Assembly (NCBI GenBank): GCA_964304625.1 | Contig: OZ199838.1 | Coordinates: 150,148-214,147, forward strand | Origin: Kudoa neothunni | Taxonomy: Eukaryota > Animalia > Cnidaria | Direction of reading: 5' to 3' | Length of the DNA: 64,000 bases | Shown here: positions 14,761 to 31,900 of the stretch, piece by piece | Layout of the letters: every line of letters begins with the position of its first letter | Position numbering within the stretch: the first letter of the stretch is position 1 | Program-made: the position numbers and the translations under genes | The notes under the pieces: generated by a model | Database searches by the model: none | Seen by the model: the letters and a program-made list of their open reading frames with translations, nothing else | What the model was told of the DNA's origin: nothing

Positions 14761-16814
14761 GGTAATTATTGAGAATTAATTGAACAATTGTCTCCTGAGT
14801 TGTATTCGAAGAGTGATTATTAATTGAAAAATTTGTAAATAACTAAAATAATAGTTCTCAAAAAAGTTTATCATTGAGAACAATCTCTAGAAATGAAATT
14901 TATTTTTAAAGACTATCACAAGTGAAAAATTAATAATAAATATTTAAAAGTATTTATTAGTGTTAATTTATATACAATTTGCAACATTGATTTACTTTCT
15001 TTAGCCAAATATAATTTTTTTGAATTAAATTATTTTTTCTTCATTTCCACAATTTTTAATGTAACGAAGAAAGATAAATACTGATTAAAAGGTTTCATTC
15101 AATGAACTAATACCTATAATAATATTCGAAGGTTTCTATATCTTAAATTTTAGCTCAACCTTAAAACTAATTACATATTTTATTTTCTAATGTATTAAAA
15201 TAAATATTTTTGTAGAATATATTATTGTACTTGTAATAAACAAAACTCAAATATATGCGCTTAATTTGTTGTTATTTAAGAATTTTTTATAAAATCATGT
15301 TTTACAATTGATTTTTAAAATAGGCGTCAATATATGTTCTACATAAATACAAAATATGATTAATTTTTTATGTCATGGCATATTGATGTCTACTCAATTT
15401 TATTTTCGGTCGAGATAGCATATGTTTTTCCTCCAAAAATTTATATTGAGGAAGTAATAGAAGAAAAAGAATCTCAATGTTTTATAGAAATAGACTTTTG
15501 AAATTTAATAATACCACAAATACATATTATACCTTTTTTAATGTTTGATTTAAAAATTTTAATAAATCCTTTTAATGTTGATATCGTTTGAAAAATAATA
15601 CATAATAAATTATCCGTGATACATGAAACTAGATTTATATTGAAATTTAGGTAATTTCCGAGTTACAGGTAATCATTCTTGAGAGTTTAATTCCTTCCAC
15701 GAATTGCGGTTTATTGGTCATTGCGATACCGGAAATATTTTCTACAAAAAGAATATAAACTCTTTGTCTTATAGCTGACACAAAAACCATCATCCGATAA
15801 CTGTATCGTTTTCACTCGCAGTAAGAATAATGAGTTTGACAATAAGATTTGACGACAGTTTTTTGTTCTAAAAAATTAGTGATAAATATTTAAATTTTTG
15901 ATTGATAAATATTGATAACTGATATTCTAAAAGGATGCCGGAATTCTTGGAGGTATAATTCACTTTAATTTCCTACGATGAAATAAAATTTAAAAACACT
16001 CATGAGTGGTACGAGGTTGTATGCCAAGAGCGGCGTCACATTCCAATATTTTTACTTTTGGAGAAAGTAATTTTTTACTTGTTCGTTATTTATAGTAATA
16101 ATGTAATAATTCTTTCAAAAAAAGGTGTCTCCATTTAAGTGTAGTTTTTTACTCTCGTCGGATTATCCAAACGGATCTCATAATTTATTTTTAAAAAATG
16201 ATGATTATTTATAATGTATTCCCACATATTACATTGCCCTCTTCCATACAGAATGCCAATATTTAATAAAATCTTATTTGCATTGGTTTGTAAAAATGAG
16301 AAACGTTGTTTCTAATTTATTCAGTAATTGAAAAAAATTTGACAGCTCAAGCTTTGGCGTGGTGTTTGACGAGAGCTTGTTGCTAGATAAACGCAATAAC
16401 CATAAATAACGAAATTTGGGGTCGACAAGAGTAAGAGTTCCAAAAAGTAAGAATTTTTTCATTCTGAATCAACAATATATGCGTAAGGTATTTTTAATGG
16501 AAAAACTCTAAATATATTAATGAATGATTCAACAATTGGAAATATTTCCCATCAGAATCTGATGTTGAACTCATATATGGTAATAAATGTGTCTTTAAAA
16601 TAAATAAAATTACAAAAAGATTCAAGTCAGAACGAATCCCATTCTATTTTGAAGATGCTGGATTTTTATTTATTTACAAAATTCAAAAGTCAATAATTTT
16701 GTCTTTTGGAACAATAAATTAATTATTGTAGGTTTAGTTTGAAAATAATAACAGGAAAACATCTGATATATCAAAGCGGCGACATGAAAAATAATAAAAA
16801 TCAAATTTAATTTT

Positions 16815-20059
<3,245 letters not shown>

Positions 20060-20478
20060 CGGGATTGATAATTACAAAGTCACCGATCTCTTCAAAAATA
20101 ACTCGATAACAGCGCCTATACTCAACCTATGCTCTATTCACCTCCTATAATTATATTGATTCTATTATAGTTAAAAATGAAGGCTAACAAATTTGTTGTA
20201 TTCTCAATACATAGTTATAAATGTTAATGCTCATAGTGACGACATAATCTTACAATACGTTTGTGATTACACAATGACGTAATTTAACAAACGTGTGATT
20301 TTTTGTACAAACAATAAATCCAAAAATCCAAAACAACAATTTATATATTTGGCTTGTATTAGAGGTGGCGAAATCATAAAATACACACAATTTTTTAATC
20401 TGCGTGTCTTCCCGACCAATTCCGAGCTCTAAAGTCACGATTAGATCCAACTGAAACGTTCATCTTTAAGATCTTACA
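20060..20478. promoter_or_regulatory. Probable bidirectional promoter region between MAPK15 and eIF2-alpha
   Basis: Head-to-head start codons 419 bp apart; contains CRE-like TGACG motifs (about 20237, 20275). Function is inferred from geometry. Confidence 0.5.
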
Positions 20479-21786
20479 ATGGGAGTTAATTATCAAAGTT
20501 ATACATGCCGCTACTACAAAAAAAAGTTCCCAGCCGTTGATGAAGTGGTGATGGTGAATGTACGTTCTATAGCGGAAATGGGTGCTTACGTCAATTTACT
20601 TGAATACGAAAATATGGAAGGAATGGTTCTATTGAGTGAACTGTCAAGAAGACGTATTCGATCAATCAACAAATTGATTAAAGTAGGCAAAAATGAAGCG
20701 GTTCTGGTTATAAGAGTTGACAAAGATAAATGTATGCTGCTGCTGCTGAATTAGGAATTTTTATCGTAATAAATGATTGATTCTCTTTAAATTTATAGCA
20801 TATATTGATTTGTCAAAACGAAGAGTTGCGATTGAAGACATTAAAAGATGTGAAGATCGTTACATTCGAGCCAAAACCGTAAATCATTCCTTCTGTTTAT
20901 GGGAAATACATTTTCACCGAATTTTCCAACATTCAGGTTATATCCATACTTGGTAATAGTGCTGAGGTGCTTGGTATTACTCCTGGAGCCGATTTCGAAA
21001 ACTTCGTCGAACGAACTGCTTGGGTTCTCGATGAATTGTACAAAAATGTAGGTGGAGCGTATGAAGCTTTTAGACAATCACTTCTTGACGCCTCTATCCT
21101 AAAAAATTGTGATTTAACCCCAAAAGAGAGCGAAGTGTTGACCGCCCAAATAAAAATTCGACTTGAACCTAAAAAAGTTAAACTTAGATCTGAGGTCGAA
21201 GTTGCTTGTTATCGTTTCGAGGGAATTGATGCTGTGAAAGAATCACTAAGACAAGGTCTTAAAATCAACGAAAAATACGCCTGTCAGGCCCAAAACGAGT
21301 CCCAATCTGGCGACGAACGAGAAGGCGATGAGGTTGATACCAACACTATCAAGGTAGTTTTTACGTCCATCTCCCTTAAGCAAATCATCTATTCCATCCC
21401 TATCAATGCATTAATGTGCTGTTAAACTAATTTTTGATTCAAATTTATTTTAGATCAATTTGATCGCTCCTCCTGTCTACGTGATCACCATGACAACCTT
21501 CGAATCAGAAAAAGGACTACAAATAATGAGAGAGGCATTGGCTGCAATCGAAACCAAAATCAAAGAATACGAAGGTCACTTTAAAGTGAATATGCAACCG
21601 AAGGTTGTTTCTGAGTTTGATGACGCCGAGTTAGCAAGAAAAATGGCTGATCTTGAACGTGTGAATGCCGAGGTTGATGGTGATGACGAATCGGACGATT
21701 CAAATGACGGTGAAGATGATGATGACTTGGAATTGGACCCTCACGGCGTGTACGAAAGAATCGAAAGAGAATTAATAGAAAATTAG
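20479..21786 (+). CDS. EIF2S1: Eukaryotic translation initiation factor 2 subunit alpha (4 exons: 20479-20731, 20799-20878, 20937-21353, 21454-21786)
   Basis: [22 protein letters not shown], the phospho-site loop [45 protein letters not shown]; GT-AG introns keep the frame. Confidence 0.98.
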
Positions 21787-22166
21787 AAGTTACAGTGATA
21801 TTTTGTGAGAATTGGTTATTTGTGTGCGTGTATTTATCAATTTCCGTGTGTCATATTTTTCTCCCTCAAATCTATATTTGTAAGAAATTTTTAAATATTG
21901 TGGATAATCCTCAACAATTTAATATGAACGATCCTACTTATGGATTCAATTCAAGAACTTTATGAGATTATTTCTGGCCCCCATATTATTTATTTAGTCT
22001 TCCAACAATTTTGGGTCGTATATTTGTCAAGATGCATTTTAATGGCACCTTATAATCTTTTATTGGTTTACAGAACACGTTAAATTTTAGTTTTTTCTAT
22101 AAACGTAAGAAAAATATAATATATGTTCATATGTGGCAAAAGAACATTAAAATCTATATTCTGAAG

Positions 22167-22906
22167 CAGAGGTTGGCATCGACCGGTCCGCGATAAGATC
22201 GATGATGAAGATAGATTTTTTCAACACATAAAGAAGTTTAATGGCAGGTTAAACGGAATTAATTAGGTACTATCCGCCTTCACTAAATATAAATATGTTA
22301 AAAACAAAATAGAGACAAAAATAGGCAGAGGTTATTGGCACGGCAAAATTTAATCCTAAACGGCATGTACGCTTACACAAGAGGATTTTTTAAATCCAAC
22401 AATCCCTACTTACAAGTATGTTAATGGATTTAATTTTTTAGAATCTGCTAGATTTAATTATTTCCACCTGAATATTATTTACCATGTTAATAGCCATTTC
22501 CATATCTATTATATTCTCAAACCAAATTTCTTACTTATTTCTACCGATTGATGGATACTAGCTCTAACGTGACGAATAGAAGCATTTAATTATTGGTCAT
22601 TATGATTTAGAACTTCCTTTAAATATGGAAAATATTAAAGTATATATAATGAAATAATGTAAACTTTGGAACAAAAAATTATATAAAATTAGCCATTCCC
22701 TCATAAAAAAAGTTGCATGAATATTATATTTTTCTAGAGTGGTCGTGAAATTATGATTTGGAATACCAAAATATAAATGTACTAAACCGCTTATAAATTT
22801 TATTGGAAAAATTCATTAAAATTAATGAATTTACAAATATTCTGACCCACCCTTTAGTTGGACGTAGCTATCCGGCTTTGTAACCCATTCAAGTTGCCTA
22901 ACACGG
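22167..22906 (+). mobile_element. Degenerate hAT (Buster/SPIN-like) deletion derivative
   Basis: Ends CAGAGGTTGGCA / GTTGCCTAACACGG; 8-bp flanks TTCTGAAG vs TTCTAAAA (6/8, candidate TSD); subterminal GACCGGTCCGCG; internal KFNPKRHVRLH resembling the NLKRH zinc-finger motif. Confidence 0.6.
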
Positions 22907-22986
22907 TTCTAAAAATTAAGTGCTGTTTTAAATATAATTATTTGGGACTTCTTTAAATGAATTAATGGACCACAAATAGTCAAACA

Positions 22987-23827
22987 CAGTATTTCAAGAT
23001 CTAAATTAAATCGTCCTTAGCGGAGGAAAAACTTATTTAGTTGTCGCGAATTTTTTTTATTAAATGTTATAATTAATGGTAAAATTAAAGATACAATCCT
23101 AAAAATGTATAATTGAGATAAACGTAAAAACTCTAGCATAGAAGCTGATCTATTTGTGCAATAATTAGCATATTTTTTACATCAAAAGTATGTTATGAAA
23201 TTTCTCCAAAATAAACCACTTTATATTCCCGTCGTTTATGTAAATGAATGGGGGTTTTCCATTTCAATGAAAAGTTCACTTAGTAGAACGACTTTTGAGA
23301 TTAGAGCAAATTTCAAAATTTAAAATGTCCGATCTAACAATATAACATTAATTTCAGCCATGAACTGAAAGAGTCTGGATTTTTAAACCAACATATATTT
23401 CTGGTTTTCACAAATAAATTATTCAACAATCTGAATGATGAAGAAATCTAAAGAGTTATTCTTGTTATAGACAATGTTAGATTCTATCAAACAAATTTAA
23501 TTATGGAATTAAATCCAGACAAGCAATCATAAGCTTTCATTATTGCCATCATATTCGCAATTTCTCGATCCAATCAAGAAGTTTTCTCATCATTTAAAAA
23601 CGATTGTAACGAATTAATCTCCAAAAATTAAGGAGAACTGCTAAACACCATTATGGAGAGTCTCGTAGAAGTTACCTCACAAAACTGTCTTAATTATTTA
23701 AACCACGCTGAATCCTATTTTCAAATATGTTTTAATATAGAAGAAAACAATAAATAATTAAAATAATTCATTTCTAAGAAAGTTGCAATTTGATTTCACC
23801 CAGTTGCATTTAGTTCTTGATATACTG
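22987..23827 (+). mobile_element. Degenerate Tc1/IS630-type (DDE_3) transposon
   Basis: TIRs CAGTATTTCAAGATCTAAAT / revcomp CAGTATATCAAGAACTAAAT, with TA on the right flank. Broken peptides VYVNEWGF, NITLISAM, VILVIDNVRFY, LLPSYSQFLDPI.EVFSSFK (cf. LPPYSPxLNPIE). Confidence 0.85.
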
Positions 23828-24002
23828 TAGAGAAGATTCGAACCAATTAAATGTGTGTACAACTTGCAAGTAAGAGTTTCCGGGATTATAGATATTCTGC
23901 ACATCCTCAAATACATTATTTTACTTAGTAATTTTTAATTTTATTACATATTTTTCATGCATTACAGAATGTGAACTAAACAATTTTTTTTATTTCTATT
24001 AA

Positions 24003-26003
24003 CCCTCTAAAAATGTGGGGTATATTTATATCCCAAACGATTTTAGACTTCAATTTTTTACCACATAGAATATCAAGATTTCTTCAGCGACCCTTTCTAA
24101 TCCCAAAATATTTTTTTATCTACTAAAAATAAAATTTTATTTTGTTGGATAAAACTATTTACTTTCGAATGAGTCTGAGTCTGAGTGATTATAATGGAAG
24201 CTGTTCTGATATTGATTTCTCAGACAACGATTATTTTCTTATGGTGTTATTTCATAGAATTGTTAGATGTTGATTACAATATTCAGATCAATTCACATTT
24301 GGATAAAAATGGTACTTTATGGAAGACTGAACCTCCGTTACCCACTAGAATAGCAGCCGAAAACATGATGTATAATCGCTTCGGTGTTGTTCCTGGGATA
24401 TCCCAAAATGTAAATAATGCAACTGATTTGTTTCGAGTATTTTTTAACGAAGAAATGTATGAAATTGTTTTGAAATACTCCGATCAATGATGCGGAGAGC
24501 ACATTTTCGACAATTCTTGGGCAGAGTTAGACCAAATAGAATTGGATGTCTTTTGTTGATGAGTGTTCATAGGGATAATCAAGAACCTATTTCGGAACTA
24601 TTTGGCCCAGATGAAGGGAGGAAGATTTACCTTGATTTATTTACTTTGGATCGATTTAGACAAATAATGCGATCTCACCATTTTGTCGACGTGGAAACAG
24701 ATAAATTTTGCCATAGCCGCGAATTATGGAATATTTGGGATAATTTACTCATACAAAGCTTTCGTCCTTTAGAAGATCTCCGCATCGACGAGCAACTTGT
24801 TGCATTCAGAGGTCGCTACAAGTTCAAGCAGTATATGACGTCTAAGCCAGCCAAATATGGAATCAAGTTTTTTTGGTTGGTCGATCCTGAATCAACCTAT
24901 GTATATAACATTAGTGTGTATTTGGGAAACCGAAATAATGATGCTGTTAGCAGTTAATGTTGGAAAAAATATTGTTTTACAGCTATTAGAACCGTTTTAT
25001 GGTTCAGTGAGGAATTTAGTTAGTGACAATTTTTTAACCTCCGTTGAGCTGGCCGACGATGCGCTCAAATAAAAGGGAAACCTCTCTCTACTTGCGACTT
25101 AAAAAAGAGCCAAATTAATACTTCTCTATTTGTTTTTCACGGCAAAAATGATATTAAGATATCTGTCGCATAAAAATAAGCCAGTCTATATGTTTTGTTC
25201 TTCGACGGCCAACGTTCACACAGCGACAGAACCACCACATAAATCTTACGTTAAAGTTTATTATAACTCTATTAAAGGTGGAGTTGATACGATTTCTAGA
25301 TTTTTAACATCAGTGAGTTTGAAAAGAATCACTCGTCGTTTTTATAATATGTTGGACAATTCATTTATCAACACTTTCTTTATTTACAAAAACGTATCTA
25401 ATTCGCCAAATTTTGTGAGGAGGGATTTCCTGAAAATGCCAGCTGAACAGTTAGCTGGTCCATTAGTTTCAAGCAAGAACCAAAACGTGATACCAGTTAA
25501 CCCGTTAAATACATCCAGAGATTCATCCGTCAACGATAATTATTCCGAATGTCGATTTTGTATAAGGAAAAAAGACAGAAAAACAACAGTAAGATGTGAT
25601 ATTTGTTCTTCTCCTTGTCGTAAGCTCCACTCAAAATGCATTTTACGGTATATTTGAACCATTAACACTAACATTCTATTTTCTTGTTGTTTAGGAGTAT
25701 TTTACATTTGTTATATATAAGTGCTAGAATTATTTATCTGTAATTTAAGCATAGTCTGACGAAAAAATATGGAGGTAAATATAATAAATATTCAAAATAT
25801 GTGTCAAAATAGACATCTGAAACTTTTGTGCGTCTGCGCGAATAATAATTATTAGCAGTTTGTGACTAATTACACAAAATTTATTCGATATAATTTTATA
25901 AAAATTTTTCACATTATTATTATTAGTTTTATCAAACAAAAATATGGGTGTATTTATACCTCAAAATGATTTGATGTGTGTAAAATTTTGAGTTTTTAGA
26001 GGG
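24003..26003 (+). mobile_element. Near full-length piggyBac transposon
   Basis: TTAA TSDs at 23999-24002 and 26004-26007; TIR CCCTCTAAAAA; subterminal GGGG(T)..CCC palindromes at both ends; transposase inside. Confidence 0.95.
24169..25657 (+). pseudogene. piggyBac transposase pseudogene (PGBD4-like)
   Basis: Catalytic motifs IDEQLVAFRGR, KPAKYGIK, SDNFLTS and YNSIKGGVD plus a C-terminal CRFC..CDIC..CRKLH domain, split over four ORFs by frameshifts and a stop at about 25070. Confidence 0.93.
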
Positions 26004-27699
26004 TTAATATGCCCTTCTGAGCTCGTTAACAGCCTTTGTTAATGTTGAAGTTGTGTTCTTTCACTAATAATTTCAAAATTCTAGTCTTCATCACATTTAA
26101 AAACATTGTGGAGATTAGTTGAGACGTTTATCGTAACTATTTCCAGAACCATCTCGTCATCCTCCGTTGCAGGGTGGCACATCATCCGACGTCGGAAAAA
26201 ATTAAATTTGATTAGGATTAGGGATTCAAAAAATCGAGGGTTAACTTCGAGGGTATAGGGATTATCCTTTAGTTCGAAGAGATGAAGTCAATGTATTAAC
26301 CAGACTGTGTGATTCGGTCGGTCACAATGGATTTTTGTAATCAATGTTAGGAGAAATTTTCTTATCAAAATTCAGTAATGCGTTATTTTTTGGAATAAAA
26401 TATTATATTTCTTTTGAAATATCAGCTAAGCTACAGTACTATAGTATCTGTGTGGAACTTAGGGCGGAGTCACATACGAAATCGCAACTATAGTTGTTTC
26501 CTACAATTCGCCCTGTTAATTCACTCCCTTTTCAAATTTTTTCATTTTTATTCTTAGAAAAAAAATTACATTATGTCGTTAAATTCAGATCAAAAAGAAT
26601 AACCTATAAACCGGAATTTAATCTTAAGTCGAGCACATTCGGATTCGCACGGAATCTCGGTTGTTGATAAATACATCAAATAAATTATTAATTCTCAATA
26701 ATTTTAACAAATTCGAAGTCTTTCATTATTCACTGAATTTTTTTTATTAATATCTGTCAATAATTAGTTTGTAAATGTTCAATCTAGACTTCGTATTTTA
26801 AAATCAGAACTTTCTGATTTATTCTATTAAAAATTAGAACGAAGATGTTTCAATTTACGATGACATAACTTAATGTGGTTTTTAGTTTATAAATTTTTTT
26901 GCTTACTTTATTCATGATTTAAAAAATGTTATTGCAATATTTGTTCCAAAATTCAAACAAGAAAATTTTTATTTTATTTTTTTAACTTATCATTTCATTC
27001 ATATTCGTTGAGTAATTAAAAACAAAAAGACTATTTAATTATTATTTAATTAAATTAACTTTAAATTATAGCAATCGTTATAAATTAAAATATATGTTTT
27101 TTAAGTATTTTCAGTAAAATCAATTATGGATGTTACTAACTCAAGAGCATTTTTTCATTATTTATCTCAACAATATAAAATGAAATAATACGTCATATTT
27201 TATAATCTACTTCATTTTTTGTTGTGTGGTTGAATGTTGCAAGCGTTTTAAACTAATATAATTAATTTACTGAGATATAATATCTATCCAAATCTTTAAT
27301 AATCCTCACTTCAACACATAATCACCTCGTTTTTAAAGGCCTAATTTAGGACAAAACCTAATTGGACAAGCATTGTTAATGAGTCCGAGCAGAAGCTAGG
27401 ACACGCGGAAATAATGCCAGCCCTAAATGTTCTGATTATTTAGATTACAATTCAAAATAATGCAATTTTAAAAAATTTACAGAAGTTTCTTGTTGAAAGA
27501 GTATTGGGTTTGCTGAGAACACAAATGTTGTCGATCTCCATCTCTGGGAAAACTTCTCACTCATTAAATAGAGGGAGTGCACTTATAAACCTCACACTAT
27601 ATTTAAATATACTATCAAATCTTCGCATTTAGAAACTCTGAAGGACTCAACTGGCACAGATAATTTAAAATTTCATAAATGTCCAATTTTAAACAGACA

Positions 27700-27790
27700 G
27701 ATGAGTGTTGGTCAGGTTACAAAGTCTAAAGTTAAATATAGGACTGGTTAGGAACCAGCTGAAAGAGACGATTGCAGATCAACTTGAATT
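27700..27790 (+). mobile_element. Possible mariner transposase N-terminal HTH relic
   Basis: MSVGQVTKSKVKYRTG*EPAERDDCRS resembles the mariner motif MS..QV..W...F..G.E..EDD.RSGRP; short and interrupted. Confidence 0.3.
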
Positions 27791-28929
27791 AAACGAAATA
27801 TTTTTTCTGGGAGTGGATTTTGGATCACATTATCAAAAACTTGAAATTTTTGAGGCATGGAGTGAAAGGATGGCTATGCCAAGGTATATTGAAATGATTT
27901 ATTTGACACATTCTTGACCAATCGAAGTAAATGAGCTTCCATTAAATTTTTAGAGGGTTTATAGCGCAAACTCGTCTCTATATTAACAATGGCACATGCG
28001 ATTACATCTGTCTTTCATCCTAATTATAAAAAGTTGGGATGTTTAAAGTGGATTATATATAATGATAAAGTTAAAATGACAGTTATAAATATATATTCCA
28101 CAATTTTAAATCAGTTAGCTGATAGTCTAGTAAAAAACTGTATTCGCGATAACATTAAATAAGTTGAACAAAACGTGGCGACTAGCGAGCTTCATTCTGG
28201 TAGAAAAAGATGTTAACCGTTTGACTACGTTCGAGACAAAAAAATAAAAACATTCAGTTCCGATAGACAATTATATTGTGAAAACCACTCAAAACTTATC
28301 TGCTCAAAATTCTCCAAATGGATCAATTATTAGGTTTCAAAAAAATATATTAAAATTCTCATTTCTCATTATAGACGATTGATTCTATTAACCCCCAAAA
28401 ATATAACTTATTCTGAACTTATAAAATATTTGACTCTTCATAAATAGGAATGGTCATACGACTTACATTAGTCAAACAATGACTTATATATACAATTTAT
28501 TGGTTTCGGCATTATTCATACAATCTTACAGGCACTATTTTTAGTCATTACTCGAAAATTAATGATTAGATTTAAGTTTAGTCCTCATAAAACATCGTAA
28601 GATATTTTATACCATTATAGAAAAAAATATCTGGGGTCATATTGAACCCAAAAGAAGGAGAGTGTATTGGCGATTTTGGGGCGCTCGGAAGGTTAAAATT
28701 AATTAATTATTGAAGAGGAAACTGTTACAGCGACTAAATAATGGTGGAGCCCAAAAATAGTATTTCGACCTTAAACAGACTAAATCCAGCATTCAAACTG
28801 CAAAAAATAAATTCATTATATTAATGCAGTAAGATATAATATCCAGTCAAAAATACAGCCGATTACAAATATGAACTAAAACTTCTGGAAAAGTCTGTAT
28901 TGCGTTTTCATCCCCTTGGAAGATTTTTC

Positions 28930-31900
28930 ATTTATCCTCTAAATTTTCTTTTAGCAAAATGAATAAATCATAATTTCATCACTTTTACAATTAGGAGACC
29001 CAGTTATTTCGATATCAGTCATAGTTTTTTCTTGAAGTTGCATTAATCGTTGTCCAATTAGACTGGCTTTTTTTGGAGTGACTCGGGGTTGTTTTGTAAC
29101 TGAAAAATCATTAGACTGTGTCTTTTCAAAAAGCTTCTGAACTCTCGAAGCCAAACTTTCCATCACGACAGGTGGATTTTCTGGACTAGATGAGTGAAAT
29201 GTTTCGTTCTCTAAATTCTCATATCGATGAACCAGATCGATAGCCGTACTGTGTTTTCTTTCTGCGACTTTAGTTAAGTTCAATATCGGACTTCTTTCGG
29301 ATTCACTGGAAACTAAAATTTATCAAATTATATTTGAACGTCAATTTGTATAAATGAAATAACCAGGTTTTCTATTTCTGGCAGAAATCCTCGGTGACGA
29401 CTTCGATTTATGATTAATAGGTGAGATAGGAGAATTTTCAGAGTTGTCATTTCTTTTGACAATTACTGACTTGCTGGACCTTGGGGAAAGTATTTTGTTT
29501 GAATCGGTGGAATGAGGTTGTTGTAGACTTTGATCATCACTTTCCTGCTCGAGAATACTTTCAGTTTCAATCATAGCATTTTGAATTAATTTTCTCGACC
29601 ATGGGACGTTCTCATACATTTTTCTCTTGTCTAAGTGAACGATAGATGTTTCAAACAAAAATCGTCGAAAAATTGTATACCTTCATCCTGTTCATATTTA
29701 GCGTTATAGTCGGAAATAGTTTCAAGTAGGTTCATGGCAGTGGAGGCTCTTTCTAAATTTCCCATCGAACCGTCACAATCATTCCAAATTTACATAATGA
29801 AGTTTACCTATTAATCCTTGATCTCTCTCTTCTTTGACAGGTTCAGATAGATTGGGTGAACTAGCATTTGATGGGAGAGTTTCTTCAGGTATAACAGGGG
29901 CGGTTTTTGGATTTACAACATCATTTTCGGAAAGCTAGCAAGTTATATTACGTAAAGTTTTACATTAAACACAAAGTTTAACAAACCAATACATTTCTGT
30001 GTCCATCGCTTGAAAAGCTTAGGCCTTCGTTATTGTTACTGCTTGGATTTAGGTCGTTCTCGGTCTGTGTGTAAAAAAATAATAGGAAAAATCCGCAAAG
30101 AAAAGTTACGAAAACTGTTTTTAACGTATGACAGGACATACGAGACTGTGCAACATCTTCTTTTACTAAATTAAATCGAAAATTAAATAATTTAAAATAT
30201 ATTTCAACGATAATTACCAGATAAAATAGTTGAAACATGTGATCCTACTTTTTCACCAAGTAAAGCGGACAGTTTCTAGCAAAAAATAAACTAGTAAATT
30301 ACTTGAAATAAATAGTTTACAGTGTCATTCAAATTTATGGACATATTTTCCAGAATAAGGGCTTTAATGTGTGTGATCCATTGGTCTTTTATTTCCATCT
30401 TTTTAGCCTGCGGAGTTTATATCAAAAGATGCCCATAAATAACAGGTATAAATGCCTCAAAAATTGTCTTCTTTTTCGGTTTACCATAGGAACTTATTTC
30501 AAAGGCAGTTGCTGATTTGGAAGACGTTTCAAGTAAAATAATATCAGTTATCTACCGAACATCAAGTTAAAATCATGAGATCGGTATTTTTGTGCATTGA
30601 AAATCGAATGATTACTGGGAACTGTTTATAAAAACTGAGTTTACCATCACTCAATGGTTTAGTTAAAACAAGCCTTTTAGAAAAGAGGATAGCCTTCACT
30701 CGTTTGTTTCCTTTGCAAAATTCGTGCTACAGCAGATGAAAATTTTAATACCTCCATTAACACGTCAACATATAACTCACTTCTAGTTGTACTGGGCCAA
30801 CTTTGGCGACAGTAAATGGTTCCTAAAATTAATATTAATATAAAGTTGGAAAAACTTTATGTATTTTATCAATTGTCAACCTGAAGATTGGTGATAATTC
30901 TATTGTAGTGATCTACAAGACTGACCCCTTCCATTTCTCTCTTTTTCTCGTTTATATATTCTGATACTTTAATCATATTTTTTTGAGTATTCTATATAAC
31001 AATTTTAGTAAATACATGATAATCAATACAATTTACATTCAGCACATTTTGGCCTTCCTTATCCAACAAATTAAGTTTCACCATGGACTACTTAATGTTA
31101 GGAACGCGCTACAATATCACATAAAAACCTTCAATAATAATGGATATTTCATAATTCTTTGTACTGGTTTCAGCAAATAGCTTTCAAGTGGTAAAAGGTG
31201 ATTTAGTGATGTTTGAATTTTCTAATCATCAAAAATAATTAATATGAAATTAGGCTTATTGTATTTATTAATAATACAACGCCAATCAACTCCTATTTAT
31301 TTTCGTTACAGTTTAAAAACTGGAACAATCGTATAGAATGATATACATAGCTTGTGACGTCAATGAATCCATAATCATTTATCATAAACATTCATAATTA
31401 ATAAAACATTAAACTATAAACAAAACATTTGTATTTGAAATGTTCGTGATATCAATAATCATTATATTTATAAAATCGAATTTATTAATTTTACAGATTA
31501 AGATAATTAAAATGAAAATTAAATAACAATAAAAAAATATAATTTCAATATTTCATAGAAGAATTATGATTTTAATTTGTTGCAATTTTATGACATTAAG
31601 TAACCGATACTACGCAATTAGATTAATTCGCTGTTTCTACAGGATTTAATAAATTATATTTTTATTATTGTCGTAACCCAAAGTTCGAACTGGGATTCGA
31701 CCTGGGTTATTTGCATTAAAAGGCGGTGGTGCCATACCGCGTTGTTCTCGATAGCGAATCAGTGGTTGGTGAATTACATACCCTACAGCCCCCATATTAC
31801 AATTGTAATAGTAAAAAATCGAAAATTTTTTGAATTAAGTCAGCAAATTGCTAATACATTGAATCACGTGACTATTACATAGTGAACATTTTTTCGATTG

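Noticed and set aside
15640-16462. Exon-like minus-strand blocks (ORF 16274-16462 and downstream)
   Set aside because: Could be a small gene or the MAPK15 3' region, but I could not build a stop-free spliced frame.
26210-26226. Telomere-like TTAGGATTAGGG
   Set aside because: Only two imperfect units; chance level.
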